A stretch of DNA of 64,000 nt from an uncultured candidatus Porisulfidus sp. GTDB lineage: Bacteria > Pseudomonadota > Gammaproteobacteria > Poriferisulfidales > Oxydemutatoraceae. A model generated the notes under the pieces. That model was given only the letters and a program-made list of their open reading frames with translations. It was not told where the DNA came from and did no database searches. Location: NCBI GenBank assembly GCA_963693105.1, contig OY843752.1, forward strand, positions 234,623 through 298,622. The letters run 5' to 3'. Position numbers and translations under genes: made by a program. Positions 31,701-34,412 of this stretch are shown piece by piece (position 1 is the first letter of the stretch; the number at the start of each line of letters is the position of its first letter).

Positions 31701-33064
31701 AAATCGACTTCCGCAGCGGCCGTGCCTGCACTCAGCGTAAAGCCAAGGTTACAATTTGTCGTGCTGCCGCTGGGACAAACTGTTCTCAGATTCGTCCTGT
31801 CGGTGATGGCGGTGGGCCGGGCAATGATGGTTCCTGCACGGTTTATCAGCCTGACTGGACCGGCGACCTCCCACTCATTCCCATCCGTGGTATCGGCGGA
31901 GAATATCAGCCCCAGAGAGTCGTTTCCATTCTGGACATCGGCGGTCAGATTGATGCGGATGGTGAAAGTGTCGCCTTCATCCTGATTCCCGGTCGGCAGT
32001 CCCGCCGCGTCAATGGACGCTGTGTAGGCATCGTTGGCGGGGATGGTGATGGTAACCGGTCTAAGCTGAAATTCGCGTTCATTGTCATCGCCCGTGCCGA
32101 TTTCGTGCGAGATCAAACGCAACATAATGGTCTCGGCAGTCTCGGGTGCGATGTCATTCGTCACTCTGACCGGTATGTCGGCGGCGCCTATATTAGCGGG
32201 GATACTGATCGTGCCCATATTTGAGCCGCGGTTATAACTGACAACTGCCCCATTGGAATCTGTCCCGGGGGGAATCGTGAAATCATCAACTCCAGCGGTG
32301 GACCTGTCAAAGTCAACAGTGAACCCCACCATTGCCGTGTCAGTGCGTGGGGTAAGGTCGAGAGTCCTGATTGCAACCCCCCCCTCCACCCCCTCTGCAT
32401 AAGAGCCGCCCGAGACGGCGTTCGCTACCGAACCACGGTTACTGGCAATGACGGTAATGGTTGTAGGTTGGAAGTTGAGCACGCTCGCCATGATGGGCTG
32501 TGCCGCGGGTCTGGTGACGCCATCATTCGTCTCATAGTCATTTCCCAGGTTTTGCCGAAATTGAATGACAAATGTCTCGTTGCCTTCTGCACGAAAGTCG
32601 CTGCATATACGCATAGGTGTGCTTAGATAGACCACGCTTACACTAGGACCATAAGGAACCGCGTCTGGCGTATTCAAAACAAAGTTATCGGCATTCTCCA
32701 TCAGTGGCTGCGCGCAGACGCCGTCCGATCCGGCAAGATCCTCAAAACGGAGTTCATCCCTGTGAGCACTGTTATTCTGGAAGAGAGTCAACACAAAGGC
32801 ACCAGGAGTCTGATTCCGGACGGGAACGCTGTACACGATACGGAAATAAAGGACATCACCCTCTTGCACCAGATTGTGACCCCCTCTGAAGAGCTGCCGA
32901 TTCTCATCCACCAACTGGACAGTAGTCACCCGGTCCTGTGCCGACACCGGTGCGGCCCACAACACACAAAGCAACAACAGACAGAAAACGCGCGATGCCA
33001 CGAGCGCAACAGCGGGAAAAATGGCCACGCAATGGCTCCGGCAACAGTTTGGGCAGAAAATCAT
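7796..33064 (-). CDS. Giant (8,422 aa) Calx-beta / PKD-like repeat surface protein with Sec-type signal peptide and GlyGly-CTERM-like C-terminal sorting tail
   Basis: A single open frame of 25,269 nt. The N-terminus is MIFCPNCCRSHCVAIFPAVALVASRVFCLLLLCVLWAAPVSA|QD. By eye there are roughly 50 modules of about 115-125 aa fitting the Calx-beta pattern (..V.EG..A.F.V.L......V.V.Y...G.A....DY......L.F..G......V.I..D..NE..E.F.V.L). Three cassettes carry LTY.W.QV PKD-like motifs. The C-terminus reads ...YIEDGGPNDDDGVVNGVIRDPLSPTTTRLASGRAHSGGSFGWTGLIALLLLLSALARRRSH. Confidence 0.9.
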   Translation of the reverse strand: MIFCPNCCRSHCVAIFPAVALVASRVFCLLLLCVLWAAPVSAQDRVTTVQLVDENRQLFRGGHNLVQEGDVLYFRIVYSVPVRNQTPGAFVLTLFQNNSAHRDELRFEDLAGSDGVCAQPLMENADNFVLNTPDAVPYGPSVSVVYLSTPMRICSDFRAEGNETFVIQFRQNLGNDYETNDGVTRPAAQPIMASVLNFQPTTITVIASNRGSVANAVSGGSYAEGVEGGVAIRTLDLTPRTDTAMVGFTVDFDRSTAGVDDFTIPPGTDSNGAVVSYNRGSNMGTISIPANIGAADIPVRVTNDIAPETAETIMLRLISHEIGTGDDNEREFQLRPVTITIPANDAYTASIDAAGLPTGNQDEGDTFTIRINLTADVQNGNDSLGLIFSADTTDGNEWEVAGPVRLINRAGTIIARPTAITDRTNLRTVCPSGSTTNCNLGFTLSAGTAAAEVDLRIRDDDTTETAEEELGIRLAYVSMGHSYARDTHTVTINPSDQMLPGQPTVTTRQPARAEQENATVTLISTAAYPESEAPITLTYTWEQVLSPGDTPVTLDISTTTTRKNRVESRAVFTAPMVAVQEQLTFRPIVTAQRRHYTDVRREVPQFIIYVTDTQAPTANPGSNFGPFQESTMTILYGSGSDPDNDPGLTYQWRQTDPAPTPGNPSVTFGPHDPSTGTVGVVWPDLPAGETQSFTLALTVADSAIAAVGGFNREPGRASLTHTDYITVTVHDSTPPVAFAGADQAVSTGRATVVLDASGSHDARGSRFTDRLGYLWQQVASDEPGAAVVPATADNTIGTVTAATAATATFTAPAAPGHYYVRLTAADSVTRQTATDVVRITVQEQMIVQAVIVAAPVLDEGGSLAIVVSATGGPPVSDIRMGYTITTATATVSGHATAADYAISGVGVATNTVTLSAPSYSATVTFSANDDAFLEGVEAFRFAIGELSGGALLSGGGEISRHAENTSVRVQINDTDRVTRRIARTDDDGFTEGATGGAATAVVDFIVEGAELPAALNTMSLDYNVTGCVSAAVCTVSPGGTSGSVVIAPRPGHTVSTGTVVLTTGADNDVNEATRTIVVAMDGVGGVDAADFGGIPATGAVELTIPLVDDDDITVGIAPPDTSARGSTATFIVTLDGAPGGSATTITVPYTIGGDVEAEDYTDITAGSLEIAPGAITGAIVLRLAGDAATLEEDETLTVTLGEPVVGAGGGRVALGAFAAVSVNVFSAARTYRVAARAASVSEGSTATFEVRLVGAAPTANTTVDWNVTGNLEAADYRVAGGRTTGTLTFTQADWQTPKTIDIGIHDDGLNEGAGSLGLRLSNAVGGGGIGGTAIAVAAAMVVVEPSDPITYDVIGGAVEEPETGNVAAAFTILLTGAPQGSAADVTVPFTLAGSAVRGEDYTGPVSQMATIPAGGTAAEVMVLIAADNLNETTETIVLEVGEATVGAGGGVVLPGMDRGVFDINDSDEIIVNLIPPESGSVGEGHTVRFRVVITGSVSTMPVEVPFMVIGDAADFEIRDIFIFNPAAPPNTVEIDDGPVRFGRFDLRAVDDDIAEGDETLRVVLGTPRTAGSIRLGESSSATVTIAASDRPVPAPTVVYPADDLDNNNFEKAPDGTGRDYSWTAEITRAASDILRYSTLSWQWQQVVSTAVGAAAVAAGDDADLGMITGASGTFSSSGSVTASASIRPRVYVTGNYHFRLTVVASGEDHTDTTVSDVFSVRFRDSDVPGTPVMTADGASMSATDGAGNLTLTVRGGDSVVVTATATDLDPGDTPVVLDEDAGYEWSTLGTPGFFNTVLSPAVTPGRVTAFTVPVHPDRGGATTYRHQVVAVDGGGERSAARQVDIIHRDSAAPVAAAGDDRKAGTGNPVTLDGSGSSNAGGNGGLTYQWQQVTMDSDAAEVVTADAVVLTVSGASAVNFTASSSTAMLYFRLTVTDQNTMRSDSDIIAINVLPRQTLDIVSAPRAVTEGGVIRFTVAITDGPPSDGSVTADWAIAATSTGGNPAEARDFVGAVFPSGTLSIADGMTSTVVEVPTVNDNAIEGSETYTATLSDPQSNFFAELGMAQRDGTIHDDDRANFRIAVDSSSVSEGEAVTFTVTLLRQEPGAVVVPFSVAGSGVDADDFDITQPVGVGADATAGTVTIPAGQLSVQMILEVTEDGINEGAETLRVSFGEAGGGLVGEVVILQSDAISVHIIGGQDSWFTGQLAAANRPVVTGLPGFCSVGELTIEEVNPGYELVEGTTATFHVVLGDFSGLAPGVNRPIEYYPSVADITVVWRLEMYSDLVSRISDNPDDNPDFASTTADDQLNNMASNRLSGRVTIPAGSTHAVVTFHVRDDGIPEATRFNNVTGRYSRTDGNIIFSGEVGRFYLDNSNLPGTLVPGPGAGEVNLADDSGCGVAIHVEARQLTVTGPDHIDETDSDESRDYLVTLIGSPFTVPTTVTWQLTTNNDEVDRADDRDFVAATGQLSFGPDDPSGTTRSFTATVVGDNLNEAPERFTVRVSVDDPDADGGTRLFDSRRLFVSGLGDPDNPDHIGPRFGSLAVTIPDDDPITATVTGGGDVNEDADAAINVTLSGGELSRPTPVTYATDEDSDDATINAAAGDDYTGPASGQVTMPAGSTNAGIQIPVVDDDLNEASEVFLATVGFNAVGEETVVNPVQTFTILDNDDITVSFATTSVSINEGRSVELAVNLNKRSAARLTVPYSVTQSGDNPPPFTDNPGSPLVFAAGVTSAVISLTSVNDIGIDTGTGTLTVAFDGANVGIGAAGGNIETADADAVVTVIFREFDREFSVATTAAAVVEGGQAAFTVNLDGMAPEPGTSPAQVTWTIGGDVDSRDYTSPSAASGELSFSATGSQVIRVAIADENLNETTETLTLTLSNARGGGGQNSGVTTATATVTIAANDPITVHIAADPATVNEGATATFLVTLENGVPTTPVTVPFAVLGDTADYDLVLPDGLAGQTSGILIIAAEETSGLIGLRVADDPATEATETLVVTLGEPRTVGGIGLGTTSATAAIAASDQLLQPPVIVAADNFEDNNQGVAYTLTATVTRAAGEVAPLSTLTYQWLQVVSTAAGALAVAVTDTAYLGVLTGAAGTVSTDGIAAAAIQPEVHVTGNYHFRLTVVVSKAGYKPATATAVVSIRFRDADVPIPPDVAVTGDVTVIVLGADDAYTLTVRQDEEIVLTAASSDFDEGALLDDRFFEWSTRGASDSFFSDALEPDVVPGRITRFTVPAHRETGGATTYRHQIVAVDSGGERSTPREVVIIHRDNTAPVAVAAFSPSQPTSGDTVTLSGIASRNAGNAGALTYRWRQVASMSADAAVITGAGLSNADAATATFTARLATPMLYFRLTVTDDLTLLSDSATVAIRVRPPPRILSAAPPAAVSEGTTPTVVRLRLARGVPHTAPVTVSWRASAGAPAGVEAADFCSAGGDSFNSLPNGRVVFAPGDNEEEINFYFCADNKMEDRESYDIIFSMLSDGTGGVGTTEFDGGAATLTVSGSVEPSVRLPEVSLSGPGVVGVEGSSQTWVVQLDPAHSRAVEVEYRVAGTGGADSVVAGDFVDAQGNPLASLPLTGSVTIAIGATAAAITLYYRNDDDEPGGFAEGDERFEVSLTGFVRDPGVLFATTLDTAGPETSLGGIVNIAGVEAGVTASAESAAEGTSAVFTIALSGVQSQATTVHWTLGGDAQRGVDYTGDAIAGQPDTMRYQSVIAAGSTRADVVFSLTDDMLNESSETLVMTIVLTGGVRPVDDASSARYAILDNDAMVVNLSGPAGAVAEGAMASFTIQLGRLPTRTLSVPWRVTAAAAGVSAEADDFADFDAIPFTGMVTFVTGLVNIGLGVTPSPGTLMVGATTAPTVVNIVIGSDRTLERDEQFFEFTVGSATVTGAYGEVGVVGSPVLSSIAADAAAEVTLTALQESVDEAGVTSPTFLITLGDDAGPLLSGADVSLSYMLTGTAVSGADYAGASTGSVLISGGSSGTRLVLALVNDVVNESTESITLSLGGAEATIHIEDDDEITGTLDAPSSALLEGATATFTITIGGGSLSAGTILTIPWRITTSSSAADDDVAPADFGLGRAVFPSGSVSFVMGESEKATSAIGIVEDGLGETTETFVLVLGEPSGAAGVTSLRGVSASATIAASSESLFRFTAMLEDADQAAVEEATTSVNIIVGVAATGGAQRSTLSVSYSLSGTATPGADYDVSATTGTVVFGVGETMRTIELGILPDIYAESTESIVLSLSDPVLGDNPGAVAVGAPSSATVLIRPGQRLGISLQSPSQLTEGAAAAVVSMEAVGMARFEATATVTYTLGGTAVAGVDYSVPQGYANSSGTVTLPPDWPNTFSPGLSITPIDDGDNESTETIVVTISDVAIEGGYWSIETGSVVLRLVDDDALTVSLQGPDSAAAEGGNADFTVVLSSSTPTADVEVDYEIVPGGGIEASDIDGALTGTITIGVGSMSEEIAIAIADDTVPESTETLTVMLTGGRSAGVVEVSQAAAAVDVERSDVAGIAVIAASTTLTEGQSAVFDLQFVSAGGAALSLGEIGGATSAMVSWTLGGTATAGADYTGATTGATQVPFNTTASVTVVLTDDEVNESDETVVLTLNDVRVNGASLDYLELSASSGSATVVVADNDDAMVSVERAGADTSPVNEGDEVMFHINLDVESQGAVEVPFTIGGVTTQDYALADTMLSVTLSPGSTRATIALTLLPDGMAETTETLVVSLQPPQPGSGAGRVTLGAAATAEVAIRENAATTLFYEIDSVDAVVAEGATATFNIALVNEVDGGVNTATVMYSITGTVEREDYAAGTTGTLTFTPSDWQTTQRVVIPLLSDNLNESSETLTVQLSSPSGGAQEAPALRGAGRARVMIAESDPVTYSIEGPGRVGEGEDAMFTVILSGAVSGSEGAVTVPYTIAADAGDYAGLPSNTVTLAAGTTSTMITAMTVEDAVNESTGMLVVTLGAASEAGFMKDAAAGAVTRDTDPARHGATAMIEDNDALTVAVRSSVTTASEGMDVVLDVILSGAASGSAASIEVPYEVAAAAGITTDDYTTTPTGPLTIAAGSTTGTITVGIERDNRQEEDEILTVVLGEPEVGADGGEVSLSSILADRSAGVTIVRNTTSVRVLTITGTGVVAEGDAGMSVEYTMVLDGAGFSAATSVTWAVVHGTTTATDFSGAISGAVSFATNAATASFAILLAGDSLNEATETFGVEVGTENPLADGGTDVGEPLQVSITDDDELTVSVSADTAGVSEGATASFTLTLDGGTPTADVDVSFTLGGSAVSADYTAAASPLTIAAGTTSGELMLPIHADNLNESTETLTVELTDAVNMPSAGSIVLGTTMAEVSIAQSDAAEVVLARTSGEEASEGGTAEFVLTLLDTPSADVVTVTWMASVITQTNTGVGDRGPNEADNSDFRAVGDVNAVITSGAIVGTTVVEIGDDESAFSIGIAQDRREEDAESVVIRIIGISAGTGAGEISASPDVANLTIPANLAATRFLSVRANQAEVSEGMDAQFTVELSGEDEDAPTADVTVDWSVVGGGANPAEADDYTATTGSLSFSLFESQVVSVSIRDDGLNESAETLMVMLTNAAGGGNPSAVISTDSAAVVVGQSDPITYSIESPGQVGEGEDAVFTVRLSGAVSGSEGAVTVPYTIAADAGDYAGLPSNTVTLAVGTTSTMITAMTVEDAVNESTGMLVVTLGAASEAGFSKDAAAGAVTRDLDPARHVATAMIEDNDALTVSVSPSAATAPEGTDVVLDVILSGAASGSAASIEVPYEVPAAAGITTDDYTTTPTSPLTIDAGATTGTITVSIEYDGMEEDAETLTVVLGNPIASAGGGAVALGTSVRADITIPENTTSVRALTITGTGVLSEGDAEVSVEYTMGLMGTGFAEARNVMWEVVHGTTTATDFTGATSGMVSLGPSAATASFTVGIAGDSLNEATETFSIEASVEDSVSDGGTDSGDPFEVSVTDNDELTVSVLADTAGVSEGATASFTLTLDGGTPTADVQVSFMLDGSAVGGAADAGGDYAIVASPLVIAPGTTIGKVMLPIHADNLNESTETLVLTLDRAETSAGLTSLGAAAMAEVSIAQSDAAEVVLARSSGEEASEGGTAEFVLRLDTPSADVVTVTWMASVITQTNTGTGDRGPNEADNSDFSGGVNAVITSGAIVGTTVVEIGDDESAFSIGIAQDRREEDDESVVIRIIGVSAGMGAGEISASPDVANLTIPANLAATRFLSVHANQETIEEGMDAQFTVVLSGVDDPTADVTVDWSVAGGGANPAEADDYRATTGSLSFSVFGSQVVSVSIRDDGLNESAETLVVMLTNAAGGGNPSAVISTASAEVVVGQSDPITYSIEGPGQVGEGEAAMFTVTLSGAVSGSEGAVTVPYTIAADAGDYAGPPSGAVTIATGTTSMVITAATVEDVLNESTGTLVVTLGAASDAGFMKDAAAGAVSRGTPSAATAMIEDNDALTVSVSPSATMAPEGTNVVLDVVLSGAASGSAASIEVPYSVPAAAGITADDYATTPTSPLTIAAGATTGMITVSIEYDGMAEDAETLTVVLGNPIASAGGGEVALGTSVRADITIPENSTSVRVLTITGTGVVTEGDAEVSVEYTMGLMGAGFAEARSVMWEIVHGTTTATDFFGATSGMVSLGPSAATASFTVGIAGDSLNEATERFSIEASVEDSVSDGGTDSGDPFEVSITDDDELVVTVSADTGEVSEGATASFTVTLSEGTPTADVEVSFMLRGSAVGGAADAGGDYAIVASPLVIAPGTTIGEVMLPIHADNLNESTETLALTLDSAATSAGLTSLGASTMAEVIIRQSDAAEVVLARSSGEEASEGGTAEFVLRLDTPSADVVTVTWMASVITQTNTGTGDRAPNSIADSDFRAVGDAVITSGAIVGTTVVEMGNVTSIFSIGIAQDSREEDAESVVIRIIGVSAGMGAGEVSASPSVANLTIPANLAATRFLSVRADQAEVSEGEVAQFTVELSGEDEDAPTADVTVDWSVAGGGANPAEADDYTATTGSLTFSGFGSRSVSVTIRDDGLNESAETLVVMLTNARGGGNPSAAINIGSAEVVVRQSDPITYSIEGPDQVGEGEDAMFTVALSGAVRGSEGAVTVPVMPPGGTASGADHAALPATVTVSTNTTTVQLTVALTDDLLNESAETLTVTLGAASDAGFSKNAAAGAVSRGTPSAATAMIVDNDALTVSVSPPPPTAPEGTDVVLDVILSGAASGSAASINVPYEVADATGITTDDYAIAPTSPLTITTGTTAGTITVSIAYDGMAEDAETLTVILGEPVAGAVGGEVALGAADRTSITIPENTTAARTLTIAASLDFAEGDGPYNTLEISMGAADRLFEGETVIAWRISGSGDGATTTDLSNTGNVTFAAGSRTGSVSEITVVDDGLNEATESFIFSLQDLMSDGGSAFEAVAVTITDNDPVTATLSGAGAVAEGATATVAVVLSGGEHTQPVTLDYVIGPSGADAASSSDYADAGNGRITIAVGETAGAITVVTVADTLNEADESFNVGVSDDAARSAGVVRAAGSPQTFMITDNDPTTVTLISPASGFAEGRQPTFDVLLEGGELTESLSLDWSISTGSVSPSASPQDFVNPDAGFPITGTQSVSGENVCPGRRCSVAARQIARDDDDREESFTFALTAATGGGGSGAGIGTPPEVNAMILRTDTVAPELENGLYAAGRNQVWFEADEDLAILLPSQATAEAADVVLRTAVSGLEGFSVEVRSGPGSGTVVVSNARYIEPGFIVLELERNLTEADGASVYMSYQYPGAGDGIFDRAIEEGLADASIGRNQMLSQTNKTAMRSIVTRDADGDGLADVAEIRAGENPLSSVLPGRLPAFAIRPDRRVSPVRIAWSGIREHGVRAHLGVSSVSGATQTAASSVQAYYLSETFGYDGGYDAGVAGYGCLGRFPADYALPVRAGGCEIVDWNNVSASTDHRVGWLATAANGLWAVNLSTVSRLPEQVIQRIPELNMASERLFTTGIAVTVLAQTDDDGESFTTRTSVPGVWTIEELPGVSGRLWRPSATIFPAANELSLGLSTQTSVLSVPAAAEIPPVLGLPVLTSGGQAVNVLERGATYTLRVEAKSGGETMTVESEIMIPATAEGATTEVRVEVPGVGGVSATFNYPLVDAGTPLARALIDTDRDGIADAFDDYDEVAHLPVEVLGAAGVRVWHHIRPVQRQHGLRVGDTALMQAQAAGAADGEVRYRDYAASSRENLPSSLPVVYDFSIHDVDYAEVTTAGVVGGTVGVIIPLPASLRGEDLSLVKYDPATRAVREFDTQDGSRYGFARLLDGVCPDDIGERYRPGPGSGDCMVVYIEDGGPNDDDGVVNGVIRDPLSPTTTRLASGRAHSGGSFGWTGLIALLLLLSALARRRSHVVMRSLEHAAGAGESRAGCR
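7859..7936 (-). other. GlyGly-CTERM-like sorting signal (Gly-Gly-Ser, hydrophobic helix, Arg cluster)
   Basis: Encodes SGGSFGWTGLIALLLLLSALARRRSH. This matches the architecture described for rhombosortase-type GlyGly-CTERM tails (GG motif, TM helix, basic cluster). The ORF runs on for 21 more residues before its stop, probably fortuitously in high-GC DNA. Confidence 0.6.
10730..18448 (-). repeat. Coding tandem array of the about 2.2-kb six-Calx-beta supermodule inside the giant gene (3 full units plus a diverged partial unit)
   Basis: The anchor TTCGATTGAATACGTTA(T/C)CGGGTC (antisense of PITYSIE) occurs at 11786, 13994, 16205 and 18425. The spacings are 2,208, 2,211 and 2,220 bp, all multiples of 3. 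The antisense ORFs in the track recur with the same period (12825/15027/17238 and 12590/14792/17018). Confidence 0.85.
22938..24002 (-). repeat. PKD-like triple-domain cassette, copy 3
   Basis: Encodes DQLLQPPVIVAADNFEDNNQG...TLTYQWLQVVS...VTGNYHFRLTVVV...FFEWSTRG...TTYRHQIVAVDSGGERS...VIIHRDNTAPVA...LTYRWRQVAS...MLYFRLTVTDD...IRVRPPPR. It is colinear with copy 2 at 27200-28300. Confidence 0.6.
27200..28300 (-). repeat. PKD-like triple-domain cassette, copy 2
   Basis: Encodes DRPVPAPTVVYPADDLDNNNFEK...TLSWQWQQVVS...VTGNYHFRLTVVA...GYEWSTLG...TTYRHQVVAVDGGGERS...DIIHRDSAAPVA...LTYQWQQVTM...MLYFRLTVTDQ...INVLPRQ. Confidence 0.6.
30533..31575 (-). repeat. PKD-like triple-domain cassette, copy 1 (more diverged)
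   Basis: Encodes LPGQPTVTT...ITLTYTWEQVLSPGD..., ...GLTYQWRQTDPAP..., ...LGYLWQQVASDEPG...YYVRLTAADS...VVRITVQEQ. Confidence 0.5.
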
Positions 33065-33090
33065 GTGAAACAGGGCGGTCCGGAGACAGA

Positions 33091-33118
33091 ATTATAACCT
33101 CTATCCATTCGATTTCAC
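33091..33118 (-). promoter_or_regulatory. Putative sigma70 promoter of the giant gene
   Basis: Minus strand GTGAAA (33118-33113), 16 nt spacer, then a perfect TATAAT (33096-33091) 27 nt upstream of ATG 33064. No clear Shine-Dalgarno precedes the ATG, so the start and TSS remain uncertain. Confidence 0.3.
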
Positions 33119-33248
33119 CGCGCCAATCCGTTCAGAAACCTATTGCACGACAAGATTTTCGCCGCATTCCCGCCCCGGCAACCTGCTTGCGGCAAGCCGG
33201 ACCGCCAATCCGGGGCATGTGCCCGGCGACATAGCACGTACGGGGTTC

Positions 33249-33310
33249 TCCGGCGGCGGCGCAGGGCGGCAAGGGTCGGCAGGCCGAAACTGCCGCCGTG
33301 GCCACCGCCG
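33249..33310 (-). pseudogene. Degenerate mini copy of the GlyGly-CTERM-like tail directly after the aroB stop
   Basis: The minus strand reads GGHGGSFGLPTLAALRRRRR (part of the 72-aa track ORF 33115..33333). It is flanked by sequences homologous to those flanking the real tail at 7800-7860. The hydrophobic stretch is only 7 residues and no protein body lies upstream. Confidence 0.4.
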
Positions 33311-33332
33311 GCGGCGCGTTCAAGACGCCGCA

Positions 33333-34412
33333 CTACAGCACCGCTTCTATCTCGGCGGGGTCGGTGTGGTCGCTGACGAAGGCTTCGCCGGGGGCGCGCA
33401 TCAGAACAAGGCGGGTGCGGCCGCCGAGGTTTTTTTTGTCGAGCGACATGCGCCGGATCATTGCCTCGGCGCTCAGTTCCGCCGGCTTTTCAAGCGGCAG
33501 CCCGAGGCGCTCGACGACGGCGGCGACGCGCTGCGCTTCGGCGTCGCCAATCAGGCCGAGGCGCGCCGACAGCCGCGCCGCCAGCACCAGCCCGCAGGCG
33601 ACCGCCTCGCCATGCAGCCAGCGGCCGTGGCCGAGGCCGGTCTCAATCGCGTGGGCGAACGTGTGCCCCAGATTGAGCAGCGCGCGGCGGCCGCTGCGCT
33701 CCAGTTCATCCTCGGCCACGACCGCCGCCTTGATCCGGCAGGAACGCTCTATCGCAAACGTCAGCGCCTGCTCGTCGCGCGCCAGCAGCGCATCCAGATT
33801 GCGCTCGCACCAGTCGAAGAAAGAGACGTCCAGTATCAGGCCGTATTTGACGACCTCGGCGAGGCCCGCGGTGTAGTGGCGCGGCGGCAGCGTGTCGAGC
33901 GTGTCGAGGTCGGAAACGACGCAGCACGGCTGGTGAAAGGCGCCGATCATGTTCTTGCCGAGCGCGTGGTTGACCCCGGTCTTGCCGCCGACCGCCGAGT
34001 CCACCTGCGCCAGCAGCGTCGTCGGCAGTTGCGCGAAAGCGATGCCGCGCTGGTAGGCCGCCGCGGCAAAGCCGGCGATGTCGCCGACCACGCCGCCGCC
34101 AAGCGCCGCGACCGCGGCGTCGCGTCCGACGCCGCGTTCCAGCATGCGCGTGCAAATGCGCTCGAACGTCGCCAGGTTTTTGTGCTCCTCGCCGTGCGCA
34201 ATCTCGATGACGTCGGTCTCGAAGGCGGGCGGCGACGCCAGCGCGCGCAGCAGCGTGTCGAGATAAAGCGGCGCCACGACCTCGTCGGTGACGACGACCA
34301 CGCGGCGCCCCGGCAGACAGTCGCGAAGACAATCGCCGGCGGCGGCCAGCAGCCCGCGCCCGATGTGGACCGGGTAGCGCTTGTGCGCCAGTTCCACCGT
34401 CAGTGTTTTCAC
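33333..34412 (-). CDS. aroB: 3-dehydroquinate synthase
   Basis: 359 aa. Motifs: VVVVTDEVVAPLY, GGGVVGDIAGFAAAAYQRGIAFAQLPTTLLAQVDSAVGGKTGVNH and HGEAVACG. GTG start overlaps the aroK stop. Confidence 0.9.
   Translation of the reverse strand: MKTLTVELAHKRYPVHIGRGLLAAAGDCLRDCLPGRRVVVVTDEVVAPLYLDTLLRALASPPAFETDVIEIAHGEEHKNLATFERICTRMLERGVGRDAAVAALGGGVVGDIAGFAAAAYQRGIAFAQLPTTLLAQVDSAVGGKTGVNHALGKNMIGAFHQPCCVVSDLDTLDTLPPRHYTAGLAEVVKYGLILDVSFFDWCERNLDALLARDEQALTFAIERSCRIKAAVVAEDELERSGRRALLNLGHTFAHAIETGLGHGRWLHGEAVACGLVLAARLSARLGLIGDAEAQRVAAVVERLGLPLEKPAELSAEAMIRRMSLDKKNLGGRTRLVLMRAPGEAFVSDHTDPAEIEAVL

Noticed and set aside
1827-33064. RTX/type 1 secretion adhesin interpretation of the giant proteins.
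   Set aside because: No run of GGxGxD nonapeptides was seen near either C-terminus, and a cleavable-looking Sec leader is present. No T1SS ABC/MFP/TolC genes and no LapG/LapD-type genes occur in the window. Genes outside the window cannot be excluded.
1424-33097. Dozens of plus-strand ORFs of 60-606 aa inside the giant-gene region (for example 28139..29959, 18593..19858, 26066..27301, 10643..11647, 2140..3189).
   Set aside because: They are antisense to a continuous, motif-rich minus-strand frame. Their compositions are Arg/Gly/Ala/Pro- or Ser/Thr-rich low-complexity, and they recur with the period of the sense-strand repeats. This is the expected pattern for high-GC DNA, so they are not genes.
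33115-33333. 72-aa ORF (MRRLERAAGGGHGGSFGLPTLAALRRRRR...) as a small GlyGly-CTERM protein gene.
   Set aside because: It has no signal peptide or protein body, its hydrophobic stretch is far too short for a TM helix, and its start coincides with the aroB stop. It is better explained as a sequence remnant.
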